A program made the translations under genes and the position numbers. A stretch of DNA of 62,189 nucleotides from IMG/VR virus record IMGVR_UViG_3300042547_000074, positions 1 through 62,189 of that record. One strand, written 5' to 3'. Each line of letters begins with the position of its first letter. Within the stretch, counting starts at the first letter, position 1. The DNA comes from a virus (lineage: Duplodnaviria > Caudoviricetes). Positions 44,001 to 53,282 of the stretch are shown one piece after another. A model generated the notes under the pieces. That model was given only the letters and a program-made list of their open reading frames with translations. It did no database searches and was not told the origin of the DNA.

Positions 44001-46684
44001 ACCCTGAGATGAAGCGGCTCATCAAGGAGAACGCGTCCAAGGCCAGACGTGACAATCGACAGGACGCCATCGACGAGGTCTATGCCGCGAAGCGCCAGCT
44101 CATGCAGCGTGAGAACGGTAGTGGTGCAGGGTTGGAAATCTTCAAGCTGGCTAAGGACGCATACCGCCGCAACCTGATCGACTCCTATATCCTGACCCTG
44201 AACCGCATCACAGGGGCAAGTTTGAGCGCCGAAGCCGAGAAGATAGCAGTTTCTAGTATAAAGTACATGTACAAGGAGGCGCTTGCCCGCCGAGTCTACT
44301 TCCCAACCATGCGCTATGGCCGCTTCTGGATGAGCGTTGGTAAAGGGAAAAACGTCGAGTACTACATGTTCGAGAGCGCGTTTGAGCGCGACATGGCCTT
44401 TACCCAGCGAAAGCGCGACATGGAGGCAGAAAACGACCCGCGCGATATGGACAGGGGTAATGACTACAAGGAAGTCACGGACTACCTGACAAAGGGTAAT
44501 GACGCCAGTGCGGCCTTGAAAGAAGTCTTTAACCAGCTGGACTCTGGCAATTTAGAGGACACCGCGCAGCTAAAAGACACTGTCTTCCAGATGTATCTGC
44601 TTGCTCTCCCAGAAGGTGATATGCGTAAGCGGTTTAGCCACCGCCGCTACGTCACCGGCTTTGGCACGGATGCCCTGCGCGACTTTGCTAACTCACAGAG
44701 CCGGGCTGCTAGCCAGCTGGCGCGGTTGTCCTACGCCCACCAAGTTCGGAGCGCGAAAACGGCGCTTGAGGGTGAAATTAAGGGTGCGCCTGACCGTGTC
44801 GGTATGGAGCCCTTTGTAAACGAGATATCTAAGCGGGCAGATGCTGAAATCGACCCGCCGGTCCGTGGCGGCTTCTACGGCCTGCTCGATAAGTTTGCTG
44901 GGCTAGGTAACAAGTTCGTCTTCCTGTGGATGCTGACATCGCCCAAGTCGGCGCTGATCCAAGCTACGCAGCTGCACACGGTAGGCTTGCCGGTCTTGTC
45001 GGACGAGTTCGGCTTCCGCAAGGTTATGGACATCGCTGGGCGCTACAGCATGGACATTATCCTCGGCAACAAGCTGGCTATCCATCGCAAGGACAACAAC
45101 GGCGACATCATCACCGAGTTCAACGTCAACATGCGTGATGCCAAGTTCATGCAGGACTTGGCTAAGTCAGACCCGCAGAAGCACAAGCTGCTACTGGAAG
45201 CTTACGACTACGCCGACCAGCGGGGGACCTTTGCGTCCACGTTCATCAGTGACCTGAACGAAACGGCTTCGCGCCCCACCAAGGTAGGCACCGTCAAGTC
45301 GGCGCTGAAGGAAGGCGATGTGCTGTCCGCTGCCAAGCAGGGCGGCGATGCCATGATGCAGTTTATGTCCGCTGGCTTCCACCAGATGGAGAATATGAAC
45401 CGCCAGATCATGTACATGACCAGCTTCGAGCTGGCGTACGAGCAGGCGAAAAAGAGCGGCATGAGCGATGCCGCTGCCAAGGAGAAGGCCATGGAGCGCG
45501 CACTGAAGGTGACGCGCGAGACCATGTTCAACTACAGCAACTACAACAAGCCTCGCGCTTTCAAGAACCCGGCTGGGCGTGTTGCCTTCCAGTTCATGAC
45601 CTACCCAGTCATGATGACCTCCTACCTTGTGCGTAACGCCAAGAACATGCTGCCCCTAATCGGCAACCCGGAAGGGAAGATGAGCGCAGCCAAGCGGCTG
45701 TTCGGTACCCTTGGTATGACGGCGATGTACGCAGGTATGACCGGCTTGCCGCTGTATGGTGTGTTCATGATGGCGGCTGAAGCTGCGCGCGAGATGCTGC
45801 GCGATGACGACGACTTCGCTCCTTACGAAGACGATAAGGGTAACCCAGTAGGTAAGGTCGACCTGAAGTATTGGTTTGAGAACAGCTGGCTGCCAGAGAC
45901 TTTTGGTCCGGACAGCAGCATAGCCAAAACGCTTGGCCTCCCTCCTGAGCTGGCGGTGCTGCTGGAGCGCAGCGTCAAGTTCGGCCCTATCTCGGCCCTT
46001 AGTGATATGAACCTCGCCGCCTCTACGTCGCTGAACGACCTGTTCTTCCGTGGCGATATCAAAGCCGACAACTTGGAAGGCCAGTTCAAGGAGATACTCT
46101 ACAACCAGATGATGGGCCCGCTGGGCGGCCTTATCAGTAACATGACTCGTGGAGTGCAGCTGTACGAAGAAGGTGAGACGACCCGCGCCATGGAGCTTAT
46201 GCTGCCTGCGTTCGTCAAGGGCGGTGTGCGCGCCTCGCGTCTGAGCGACGAAGGTCTGAAGACCATCGACGGGAAAGTCCTCAAGGACGCAGACTTCTTC
46301 ACCGAAGGTAAACTTTTCAACCAAGTCCTTGGCTTCGGTAGCACCGAGACCTACGAGATGCAGAAGCAGAACTTCGAGGGTAAGCAGCTCATCGACGAGA
46401 TTAAGGCGGAGCGCCAAAGCATCATCCAGACGGTTAAAAACGCGGAACTCCGTAGCCTCGACAATCCTACGGAAGCCAACCTTAAGGCTGTGGACCGCGC
46501 TTACCGAGAACTAGAGGTGTTCGACAACAAGTTCCCGCTGTCACCCGTGGGTGGTGATACCATCGGCACCGCCATTTCGAACGCGCTGGAGGAGCAGGCC
46601 GGCAGCATTGGCGGGTCGGAGATTGAACCGGAATATCCGGTCATGGCCGACGTCCAAGACCGGCGTATCAACCGAGGCAAATAA
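41060..46684 (+). CDS. Very large internal virion/ejection protein
   Basis: 1874 aa, last gene of the late arm; hydrophobic Gly/Ala segments, Ala/Pro/Glu linker, long helical C-terminal region. Confidence 0.7.
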   Translation: MPDVRMPNGTIIRGVPDGVSRDDLLRRLQGSGYDTKALLGPPVASEAEVPQAPEEPQEELGFFGALKRGFTTLGDVPEAFGFATGKEGAREELVKAQEGEEKRAEGFGLDKTLGENVQALKELAGESLGFMGAPLAAGAAGSLAGGPIGGGIAAAATLLSQYGVQNLARQAQEDKAREERGEAPLGPMPGRAAAAAVGQAGLDVAGFALPVLRPVAAAFPFLRPLIGIGGKKAAAETAEAIVGAAAKNQLTIKGGIARGIAQGVAFEIPQETAQTVLERWQAKLPLDDDSAIEEYKQAAIGAAVLGGGFGGIGGGVNVVRERAGEAKEAKALEAAAGLERSTPEEKARFESLLTAAVNEYANANPSTPPADIFKALRDDGTIRSLGNQARANVEATQAQAEAGAGLDGGAGQPDVDVAGAAGAGVPPAGAAATTGEATQTVPQTEPVGMAGTGEPAGVATGAEARPDGTLTPEATASETQAAEDFYPDLMPAYMAETSVAKQRALAPVVANIFSKLTGLEGFNSPKIKALPENIQKAYNATVAAVLNGVKPGYKGKVINPETIAQQKMAEFNVTLPEVATQAAPEVAPAETAAPPTYTYADLVAEADSLVAPDPELVLPGQLTAQQFQQFSIQAEQMPALAEQGVEVPSAFELRQDLYKVAGREAPPLAAPTAPEPAAAEEYDPETLAAATAQAPSVWATLSKQVEGKPPAAWDTLEEEAQDEFIAAIANTPVDATPVARVKAIRPVFDAIRTGKPIPKAAAAPAAAAAPAPEPQITVEAEPAPKAGGAGKPPKPPKPPKPPIGAAPEPGPKPKKPRVIKINQAKLKWAMREAGLLQRRDNVFRKKLLRSKNTHQLSDSVGEMFFGSRAYQGPMNLLRALRDSLTPQAKRAMLPFLPTDDITRWVGDRLKNVAVINKLIDDMTVYRNKRLEKTSAIQNKWMKFTTAFPKGADILNALTKLADFHDVDPTLAATPEEYAKSDPEMKRLIKENASKARRDNRQDAIDEVYAAKRQLMQRENGSGAGLEIFKLAKDAYRRNLIDSYILTLNRITGASLSAEAEKIAVSSIKYMYKEALARRVYFPTMRYGRFWMSVGKGKNVEYYMFESAFERDMAFTQRKRDMEAENDPRDMDRGNDYKEVTDYLTKGNDASAALKEVFNQLDSGNLEDTAQLKDTVFQMYLLALPEGDMRKRFSHRRYVTGFGTDALRDFANSQSRAASQLARLSYAHQVRSAKTALEGEIKGAPDRVGMEPFVNEISKRADAEIDPPVRGGFYGLLDKFAGLGNKFVFLWMLTSPKSALIQATQLHTVGLPVLSDEFGFRKVMDIAGRYSMDIILGNKLAIHRKDNNGDIITEFNVNMRDAKFMQDLAKSDPQKHKLLLEAYDYADQRGTFASTFISDLNETASRPTKVGTVKSALKEGDVLSAAKQGGDAMMQFMSAGFHQMENMNRQIMYMTSFELAYEQAKKSGMSDAAAKEKAMERALKVTRETMFNYSNYNKPRAFKNPAGRVAFQFMTYPVMMTSYLVRNAKNMLPLIGNPEGKMSAAKRLFGTLGMTAMYAGMTGLPLYGVFMMAAEAAREMLRDDDDFAPYEDDKGNPVGKVDLKYWFENSWLPETFGPDSSIAKTLGLPPELAVLLERSVKFGPISALSDMNLAASTSLNDLFFRGDIKADNLEGQFKEILYNQMMGPLGGLISNMTRGVQLYEEGETTRAMELMLPAFVKGGVRASRLSDEGLKTIDGKVLKDADFFTEGKLFNQVLGFGSTETYEMQKQNFEGKQLIDEIKAERQSIIQTVKNAELRSLDNPTEANLKAVDRAYRELEVFDNKFPLSPVGGDTIGTAISNALEEQAGSIGGSEIEPEYPVMADVQDRRINRGK

Positions 46685-46720
46685 AAAACCCCCGGCTGGC
46701 TGGAGGGAACCAGCCGGGGG
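46683..46720 (-). terminator. Intrinsic terminator at the convergence of the two arms
   Basis: 11-bp stem 46689-46699/46710-46720 with U6 on the minus strand. Confidence 0.85.
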
Positions 46721-46755
46721 AATATGCAACCACAGACGGAAGGAGCAAACTTCCG
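46683..46755 (-). ncRNA. Candidate anti-RBS small RNA (~72 nt)
   Basis: 5' hairpin CGGAAG-UUUGCUC-CUUCCG contains GUUUGCUCCUUC, the exact complement of the early-gene RBS box; ends in the terminator; putative promoter just upstream. Confidence 0.55.
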
Positions 46756-46761
46756 GCTCCG

Positions 46762-46790
46762 TTATTATCTTAGAGCCTCCAGAGACGCAA
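46762..46790 (-). promoter_or_regulatory. Putative promoter of the candidate sRNA
   Basis: TTGCGT-N17-TAATAA; predicted +1 near 46754-46755, at the start of the hairpin. Confidence 0.4.
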
Positions 46791-46964
46791 CCCCTTTATG
46801 TTGTTATGCGTCTCTCCTCGAACGAATACGGTCACTCTCAGACGTTTCGCCTCTTGGTAGACGCCTTCCTTGCTCCCCTTGATATCCAAGCAGGGGATGA
46901 ACACCGAGTGACCCTTAGGGAAGGTGCCCCAGTCGATATCATAAAAGACGCCCTCAACTTTCAT
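46770..46964 (-). CDS. Small hypothetical protein
   Basis: 64 aa; IDW..F..G.SVFIPCL...GLRLWR; overlaps the primase stop. Confidence 0.65.
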   Translation of the reverse strand: MKVEGVFYDIDWGTFPKGHSVFIPCLDIKGSKEGVYQEAKRLRVTVFVRGETHNNIKGLRLWRL

Positions 46965-49752
46965 TGGGCTGCGTGTATATATCCAAGTCGAGCGTCTCGT
47001 CGTCGATCTTCAGCCACAGGCAGTGGACCCCGTCCACCGTAATATTGGTGCCCTTGGCCAAGCGGTACGTCTCGTTGTTTATCAGGCGACCACTCTCCCG
47101 CAGCTTGCGCGTCGTCTCCGAGTAGCTGATCTGGAACCGCACACAATATTCTTTGAACTGCTTGACCGAGATGTACATCATCTTGGTGTTGGGCTCGATG
47201 CGCACCAGCAGCTCACCCTTCGGTTCGCGCTTGGGAAGCGGCCTAGTCTTGCTTCGGGCATCGCCGTTGTCGATAACCAAGATATTCTGTATACTCCGAT
47301 ACAGGTAGTCGCCCAGAACCTGCTCGACGTCGTTCAGCGGGGCTTCGGTATCTCCGCGCATAATATCAATTCGCTGACAGACCCACAGATAGATGCGCTT
47401 CAGGTCCCAGCCGATAAGGCCGCACTCTTTGGCGTAGATACCCCCGACGAGGTTGGCTGCGATGGTAGCCGACCAGAAACGCTCACGAGGAAGCAGCTTC
47501 AGTTCCCGGTCAATCTTGGCCTGTGTGCTCTCTAGTTTTGCCAGCACCTCTGGGAGCTTGGAGATTATGTAGCGGAGGTAGACAGGACCGGCGTGGCCGT
47601 AGTTTTCCAGCAACGCCATATCAAACATCTGCTTGCCGTACTCGGTGCCCACGGACTCAACGAGGCCGATGGGGTACTCGATCAGGCGCATCAACTCACC
47701 TTCTGGAGCGCGCTTTAATACGGACAGCTTTTCCGCAAACGAGGCGTTAGCCGTGGACACGGTGATGGTCTGCCATGTGGTGTTGTTCTCGCGCAGCTCG
47801 TTGGTGCCAGACACCATGCGCTCTTTACCCTTGCCGTTAGACAGGCCGTAAAGAAGCTCGGAGTATTCCTCCGGCGACATGTTGGTCAGCTCGTCCATGG
47901 TTGCCGGTAGGTTGTTAAGGATACCCACCCAGAGCAGTCGCCCGTTCATCGTGTCCTTCTGCGACAGACGCAGGTCCTTGGGGTGCCCGTAGACGCTGTT
48001 CACCAAGTGGAGCACGGTTGACTTACCCGTACCAGAGCGTGGGTTATACAGGTTGATGACCGCCCCCGTCTGATTGAGGAACTTCAGAAGCGGAGCGCCA
48101 AAGGCACTCAGCGCCGCAAACGCGTGGGGCTCCATACCCTTCGAGTCGAACAGGGCCGCTGCTTCCTTCCACTTGTCCAACGTACCCACCGGACCAATGA
48201 ACTTAGCCAGCTTCTGCGTGGTCTTTGACGGCGGCGAATAGATATGCCCCGTTGCGGTAATCTCTTGATCTCCAATAACAAACCTGCTGTTACCTTCGAC
48301 CCATCCAAATTGCTGCCTCATGATCTCTGCCTTATCTTTCTCTAGGCGCATATCCGCCGATGACATGATGTAGTCGTGTACTATGTTGGCCTTCTTGCCC
48401 CTGATGTAAGCACCGCCGTCCGACATTATCTTGCGGAACTCATCGAAGACCGAGATTTTCATCATTGGGAGTGTGAACTCCCGTATGCCGTCCGCAGGCA
48501 AGTGCAGACGTATAAGCACGTAGTCCTTATAGCTCCCGTCGACACGGTCAGTGACGCGCTTCACCACGTACAGATCGTAGGGGTAGATGCAGAAGGGGTC
48601 CGGTTGCTCCCCGGCCTCGTTCTTTTGTGGCATCACCCAGACGCCGCCGCCTTCGCCCCGGTAGTAGGGTTTGGGGTACGGAGGTATCTGGAACGTCTGG
48701 ACCTCACCAGCTACTTCTTCCACCTTGATGTTGTTGGTGGCCCTCTTGGGGATTTTACCTAGGTCACGGGGGCCTAAGATTTTCCCAAAGTGTTTGCACC
48801 CCTCGCAGCGGTCAGGGTACATCGCCTTGTATCGGGCGCAGCTAGTCGCCTTCCGGATGGTGGCTACCTTCCTGTCCACCTCTTCCGGGTCGTACTGCGG
48901 GTAGTCCTTGGATATAAGGTGCACCGCCGTAGAGGCGTCCTCACACAACGCCGCCACAGACAAAGCGTAGAACCACTCGTTGTAGTCCGTGTCCGCTTGA
49001 TTAGTGTAGGCATACGCCAGCTGAGCACAGCCGTCGCCGTTGGCGGTTCGCGCCATGATACGCTTGAAGTTGTAGCCCACCCCGTCCAGCATCGCCTGCT
49101 GTTGGGGAGGAGCCTTGTAGTCGGGGTCGAAGATAGACTTGGCCGGTGCCGGTGGCACCACGCCTAGCGTCTTGCAAAACTCCTCAAAGGCAATGGGCTC
49201 ACCCTCATGGGCGACAGTGACGGGGACCTGCCCGTCACGCTTAAAGTTGAACGTGCCCGGTACGCGCAGGATGCGCGCCGACTCAAAGACCTTCTCATCT
49301 ACGCGCATCCCTTGGGTGCGGCAGACCTCGCGCAACCGGCGCGCAGCGGGCTCCCATTGGTTAGGTGCTATCTCTTCTGTCAGCGCCCAGTAGACGTGCC
49401 AGCCATAGCCGGAGTCCACCAGTGTGGGGCGTGGAAGCCCTACGGTCCTACAGAAGCCTTGAAGCGCCTTGAGTCCCTGCTCTTGGGTGTCGTAGTCCTT
49501 GCCCGGTACGCAGTCGATATCCAACCAGAACGCCTTGAGCGCGCGGACGTTTTCCTGAGTCCTGCTGGTCGCTTCCTTGTACGTGGCTACTCCGAAGTAA
49601 ACATCTCTGCCTCCCCGCAAAAAAGTTTCAATTGTTGCGTCCGCCTCTTCTCTGTCCGGGACAAGGTGCTGGCGCACGTGCCCGTTCTTGATGCCAACAA
49701 TGGCGATATGGCCAGATGCAGGCTGGACGTGTTTTAACAGGTCGAAGTCCAT
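46954..49752 (-). CDS. Primase-helicase (AEP/RepB-like primase + DUF927-type helicase)
   Basis: FWLDID, VDSGYGWHVYW, RILRVPGTFN, Cys cluster C...C..C, FGW, SGTGKST Walker A, MDELT. Confidence 0.85.
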   Translation of the reverse strand: MDFDLLKHVQPASGHIAIVGIKNGHVRQHLVPDREEADATIETFLRGGRDVYFGVATYKEATSRTQENVRALKAFWLDIDCVPGKDYDTQEQGLKALQGFCRTVGLPRPTLVDSGYGWHVYWALTEEIAPNQWEPAARRLREVCRTQGMRVDEKVFESARILRVPGTFNFKRDGQVPVTVAHEGEPIAFEEFCKTLGVVPPAPAKSIFDPDYKAPPQQQAMLDGVGYNFKRIMARTANGDGCAQLAYAYTNQADTDYNEWFYALSVAALCEDASTAVHLISKDYPQYDPEEVDRKVATIRKATSCARYKAMYPDRCEGCKHFGKILGPRDLGKIPKRATNNIKVEEVAGEVQTFQIPPYPKPYYRGEGGGVWVMPQKNEAGEQPDPFCIYPYDLYVVKRVTDRVDGSYKDYVLIRLHLPADGIREFTLPMMKISVFDEFRKIMSDGGAYIRGKKANIVHDYIMSSADMRLEKDKAEIMRQQFGWVEGNSRFVIGDQEITATGHIYSPPSKTTQKLAKFIGPVGTLDKWKEAAALFDSKGMEPHAFAALSAFGAPLLKFLNQTGAVINLYNPRSGTGKSTVLHLVNSVYGHPKDLRLSQKDTMNGRLLWVGILNNLPATMDELTNMSPEEYSELLYGLSNGKGKERMVSGTNELRENNTTWQTITVSTANASFAEKLSVLKRAPEGELMRLIEYPIGLVESVGTEYGKQMFDMALLENYGHAGPVYLRYIISKLPEVLAKLESTQAKIDRELKLLPRERFWSATIAANLVGGIYAKECGLIGWDLKRIYLWVCQRIDIMRGDTEAPLNDVEQVLGDYLYRSIQNILVIDNGDARSKTRPLPKREPKGELLVRIEPNTKMMYISVKQFKEYCVRFQISYSETTRKLRESGRLINNETYRLAKGTNITVDGVHCLWLKIDDETLDLDIYTQPNES

Positions 49753-49807
49753 CGGGCGTCACTCGTCGTTGCGGGAAAACCCGCCAACTCTGCTCTCATT
49801 GTGATCG

Positions 49808-50035
49808 TTAGTCGAGACTAGCTATGTACCGCTCAACCGCTGGCTGGTGCGCCTCTGACGGGTCGTATTCACCAGTGAACCAGTAGTAGATGGTCTGACG
49901 GGTAACCCCTAGGGCTCCGGCGACTTGCGTCACCGGGATGTTGCGCTCGATACAAGCTCGACCCAAGCGCACCCCTAGGCGGTTCTTATCCCCGTTCAGG
50001 ATAGTCTCGGCTACATAAAGGCTGTAGCCTCGCAT
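49808..50035 (-). CDS. Cro/XRE-like HTH protein
   Basis: VTQVAGALGVTRQTIYYWFTG helix-turn-helix. Confidence 0.75.
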   Translation of the reverse strand: MRGYSLYVAETILNGDKNRLGVRLGRACIERNIPVTQVAGALGVTRQTIYYWFTGEYDPSEAHQPAVERYIASLD

Positions 50036-50038
50036 AGC

Positions 50039-50986
50039 TTATTCCCCGTCCTCGTCTTCTTCGTCCAACCATGCTGCCATGGCCTGCTTGAGCTCTGGCT
50101 TAGCGGTAACTTCAGCCGACGCCCGCTTGGGCGCAGCGCGCTTGGTGGGAGCTTCAGCCACAGGGGCTTCTTCCTCCTCATCGTCACCGAAGGGGTTACC
50201 AGCCGGAGCGGCAGGAGCGACCTTGGCCTCGATCATCTTGGGCTCGGCCTTGACCTTTGCACCACCCGCTTCGACAACGCTCAGGCCGACGTAACGCTTG
50301 GTCTCAGGGTCTTCCTGCGCAGCGTCAACGAAGCCAGCTTCAACGTCGGTCAGGTGACGCACAGGCTGGAACTTCAGCTTCATGGTGTCAGCATCAAGGT
50401 CGTACATCACACGGGTGACGACGGTATCCACAGCTTCGCTGTTGGCCAGCAAGAACTTCTTGTAGCTCTCGAACGGGTGGACGCTATCGACGCCCTTACC
50501 GAACAACGAGCCAGCCGGGATTTGCATCTGGTAGATTTCACCCGATGGGTCACCGGACACCAGCACCGCGATACGGCGCAGGTAGCGGCAGGCGCGCCCC
50601 TTGCCGTTCTCGCCAGAGCCTTCGACGTTCTTAGGGCAGGCGACGCAAGAGGAAGCCGGCTTACCGGCAGCCTTGGCGTCCGGGGTCTTGCCATCGTTGG
50701 ACCAGCAGTCAGGCAGCGTAGCCTGCGCGTTGGGGTCATACTTGGAGCCGTAGAACTGGCGCGACGGTTCAGCCAGCATGTCAACGATGATGACGTCCAG
50801 CTGATGCGGGACAGCCTTGCCGATCTGCTCACCACCCACGATGCGCTTGAAGGTGCCGTTGGTGTTCAGGCCGATGCGGCGCAGGCTACCGCCGTTGCTA
50901 CCCATCTTGTCCAGCAGCTTGGACTGCCGGCGTACGGTGGGGACGCTAGATGCGTCTGCGAAAATGGTCAGGTTGCTCATATTCAT
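50039..50986 (-). CDS. Probable ssDNA-binding protein
   Basis: 315 aa; PDCWS.DG..P, C..CP.N..GS...GRAC; acidic C-terminal tail; replication context. Confidence 0.55.
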   Translation of the reverse strand: MNMSNLTIFADASSVPTVRRQSKLLDKMGSNGGSLRRIGLNTNGTFKRIVGGEQIGKAVPHQLDVIIVDMLAEPSRQFYGSKYDPNAQATLPDCWSNDGKTPDAKAAGKPASSCVACPKNVEGSGENGKGRACRYLRRIAVLVSGDPSGEIYQMQIPAGSLFGKGVDSVHPFESYKKFLLANSEAVDTVVTRVMYDLDADTMKLKFQPVRHLTDVEAGFVDAAQEDPETKRYVGLSVVEAGGAKVKAEPKMIEAKVAPAAPAGNPFGDDEEEEAPVAEAPTKRAAPKRASAEVTAKPELKQAMAAWLDEEDEDGE

Positions 50987-51393
50987 TCACCCTTTTTGCT
51001 AGGTTTGCGAACTTGGATTACGAACTTGCGGTCGAGCTGAAGGCCCATGGGCATCAGGTCTGGGTTCTCGTCCAGAAACTGCTGCATGTTACCGTTGTGG
51101 ATACGCTTTTCGAGGACGAACGGGATGTTCTGCTCGACCACGAAGTTGTACATGGACTCCCAATCGTTAGTCCAGTAACGGGACTGAACACGCCGTGACA
51201 CAGTACCCACAGGGGTCTTCACGCTGTCCAGATTGTGTTCGTTGCAGAACTCCAAGATAGCGGAAGAAATAACCTCAAGGCTCTTCTCCAGCTTCTCCAT
51301 CTGCGCTTCAAACACTTCTTTACGCTTGGCGATGGTCTCGCGCACATTACGGTACGCTTCCACCATCTCCTCGATACTTACTGAGTCCGACAT
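50983..51393 (-). CDS. Conserved replication-module protein
   Basis: Coiled coil plus SVKTPVGTV..., DW, LEKRI, P.GL; GAAGGAGCAAAC RBS. Confidence 0.7.
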   Translation of the reverse strand: MSDSVSIEEMVEAYRNVRETIAKRKEVFEAQMEKLEKSLEVISSAILEFCNEHNLDSVKTPVGTVSRRVQSRYWTNDWESMYNFVVEQNIPFVLEKRIHNGNMQQFLDENPDLMPMGLQLDRKFVIQVRKPSKKGE

Positions 51394-51422
51394 GGTTTGC
51401 TCCTTCGGTTGCCGGGGTATTG

Positions 51423-51451
51423 GATGTAGCAGTCTGATTAGATTGTGTCAA
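51423..51451 (-). promoter_or_regulatory. sigma70-type promoter
   Basis: TTGACA-N17-TACATC. Confidence 0.65.
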
Positions 51452-52979
51452 GTATATCATGATACAGGTCGATAAGTTTTTCGTGGTTGGTGATGTTGTT
51501 CCGGAGCATGGCGTACAGCCGCGACTCCACCTCGCTACCCTTGATGTGCACCACCGTCATGGCGTTCTTCTGCCCCGGTCGGTCGATGCGCGCGTTGGCT
51601 TGCAGGTAAGTCTCCACTGACGTGACCGGTGCGTACCAGATGATTGTGTCTGCCGCCGTAAGGGTAAGCCCGTGGCTGGCAGCCTGCGGCTGGATAACCA
51701 GCACCTTCGGGTCAGGGTCGTTCTGGAACTTGGTGACGATATCACTGCGGCGATTGACCGGCACCTTACCGCTAATGACGTCACAGGAGATGCCTTCCTT
51801 CTCCAGCCGGGTTACGAGCAGGTTGATGGTGTGCGTGAAGGGGACGAAGACCAGCACCTTGTTGCTTGTCTCGTTGATGACCTCCAGCACCGCAGTAAGC
51901 CGGTTGGACACGTCGAACTCAAGCACCTGCCCATCATCCGTGTAGACCGCGCCTCCGCTGATCTGGAGCAGCTTGTTGACCTTGGTCGCTGCGTTGACGG
52001 CGCTGACCTCCTCGCCCGCCGCCTCGATGAGCAGCTGGCTCTTGAGCTGATTGTAGTACTTCTTCTGCTGGGGGGTCAGGTCCACCTCTCGCTCGATGTG
52101 GGTGACGGGAGGCAGGTCAAGGCAGTCCTTCTTTGCGAACCGGATAGCCGGCTGAAGCACCTCATGCACGACCTTGCTTGCGTGGGGCTTGGGTGCCCAC
52201 TTGAACTTGCTTATCGGCATCATGACGCTGTCGCGGAACGGGCCGAAGTACTTAGGGCACTTGGGTGTATCCAAGAGCCGCGCCAAGCCGTAGGCGTCTA
52301 CTGGTGACTGAGCTGCGGGCGTACCCGTAAGCATCCACACCCGTGGGTTGAGCGCCTTCACGATCTTGTTGAGTATCTTCCAGCGGTTGGTCTGCGCGTT
52401 CTTATATGCAGACGCCTCGTCCACAACGATCAGGTCAAACCTACCCGCTATGATCTCGTCGATCACCGTGGCCACGCCGTCGAAGTTAATGATGACGAAC
52501 TCAGCCCCAGCACGGAGGACCTTCTCGCGCTGCTTGGCGCTCCCGTATGCCACGCTACACGCACGGTGCATGGCAAACTTAAAGATGTCCTGCTGCCACG
52601 CCGACTTCATGATGGACAGCGGGCACAGCACAAGGACGCGCTTTATCAGCCCTTTCTTCATCAGGTAGTCGGACGCCCAGATGACGCTGGCGGTCTTACC
52701 CGTACCCTGCTCGTTGAAGCAGAACGCCCGATGGCGCAGCGACAGGAACGACGAAGTCGTCTTCTGGTGGTCGAAGGGGGTATAGCGTCCAGTCCACTTG
52801 TAGTCGCGCAATATGGGCGACGGGGGGTCAAACCCCAGCTGCGCCAGTGCCTCGGCTTCCTTGTGACCCCACTTGACCAGCACACCCTCGCTGGTGCTGG
52901 CGCTCTTTGTTACTACAGATGTAATAACAGACGGGTCATCGACGCTGACGAGCAGCGCCCTGTCTTCAACGATTTCCAC
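51438..52979 (-). CDS. SNF2-like SF2 helicase
   Basis: QGTGKT, VVDEAS, LTGTP, GLTL, QANARIDRPGQ. Confidence 0.9.
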   Translation of the reverse strand: MEIVEDRALLVSVDDPSVITSVVTKSASTSEGVLVKWGHKEAEALAQLGFDPPSPILRDYKWTGRYTPFDHQKTTSSFLSLRHRAFCFNEQGTGKTASVIWASDYLMKKGLIKRVLVLCPLSIMKSAWQQDIFKFAMHRACSVAYGSAKQREKVLRAGAEFVIINFDGVATVIDEIIAGRFDLIVVDEASAYKNAQTNRWKILNKIVKALNPRVWMLTGTPAAQSPVDAYGLARLLDTPKCPKYFGPFRDSVMMPISKFKWAPKPHASKVVHEVLQPAIRFAKKDCLDLPPVTHIEREVDLTPQQKKYYNQLKSQLLIEAAGEEVSAVNAATKVNKLLQISGGAVYTDDGQVLEFDVSNRLTAVLEVINETSNKVLVFVPFTHTINLLVTRLEKEGISCDVISGKVPVNRRSDIVTKFQNDPDPKVLVIQPQAASHGLTLTAADTIIWYAPVTSVETYLQANARIDRPGQKNAMTVVHIKGSEVESRLYAMLRNNITNHEKLIDLYHDILDTI

Positions 52980-52997
52980 TAGTTTGCTCCTAGTCTG

Positions 52998-53282
52998 TTA
53001 CTTCGGGCGTTTGCGCTCTCGTGCGCTAACCTCCGACACGAGGTTGCCTTTACTATCACGCTTGAACGAGCGGTTCTTAGTCTTCGGCTCTACCCGCAGG
53101 CCGTCGCCGTTGTTGCCACCCTTATCAAACGCGCGGACGTGAGCGACATCCATGCCGTCGCCCTTCTTAACCTTGCCTTCCTTCGCAAGCTTCGCTCGGG
53201 CGGCGTTGCGCTTGGCCCGGTTCCGCTTCTGCACCAGCGTACCTTGATACTTCTCGTATTCCGCTTTGTAATCCCTAGCCAC
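52998..53282 (-). CDS. Small HNH-like basic protein
   Basis: RDYK.EY...RNAAR...GDGMDVAH...GG.N...NRS. Confidence 0.6.
   Translation of the reverse strand: MARDYKAEYEKYQGTLVQKRNRAKRNAARAKLAKEGKVKKGDGMDVAHVRAFDKGGNNGDGLRVEPKTKNRSFKRDSKGNLVSEVSARERKRPK

Noticed and set aside
41060-46684. 1874-aa protein as a virion RNA polymerase or tape measure
   Set aside because: I recognised no RNA polymerase catalytic motifs and no tail tube or assembly chaperone genes; an ejection protein is more parsimonious.
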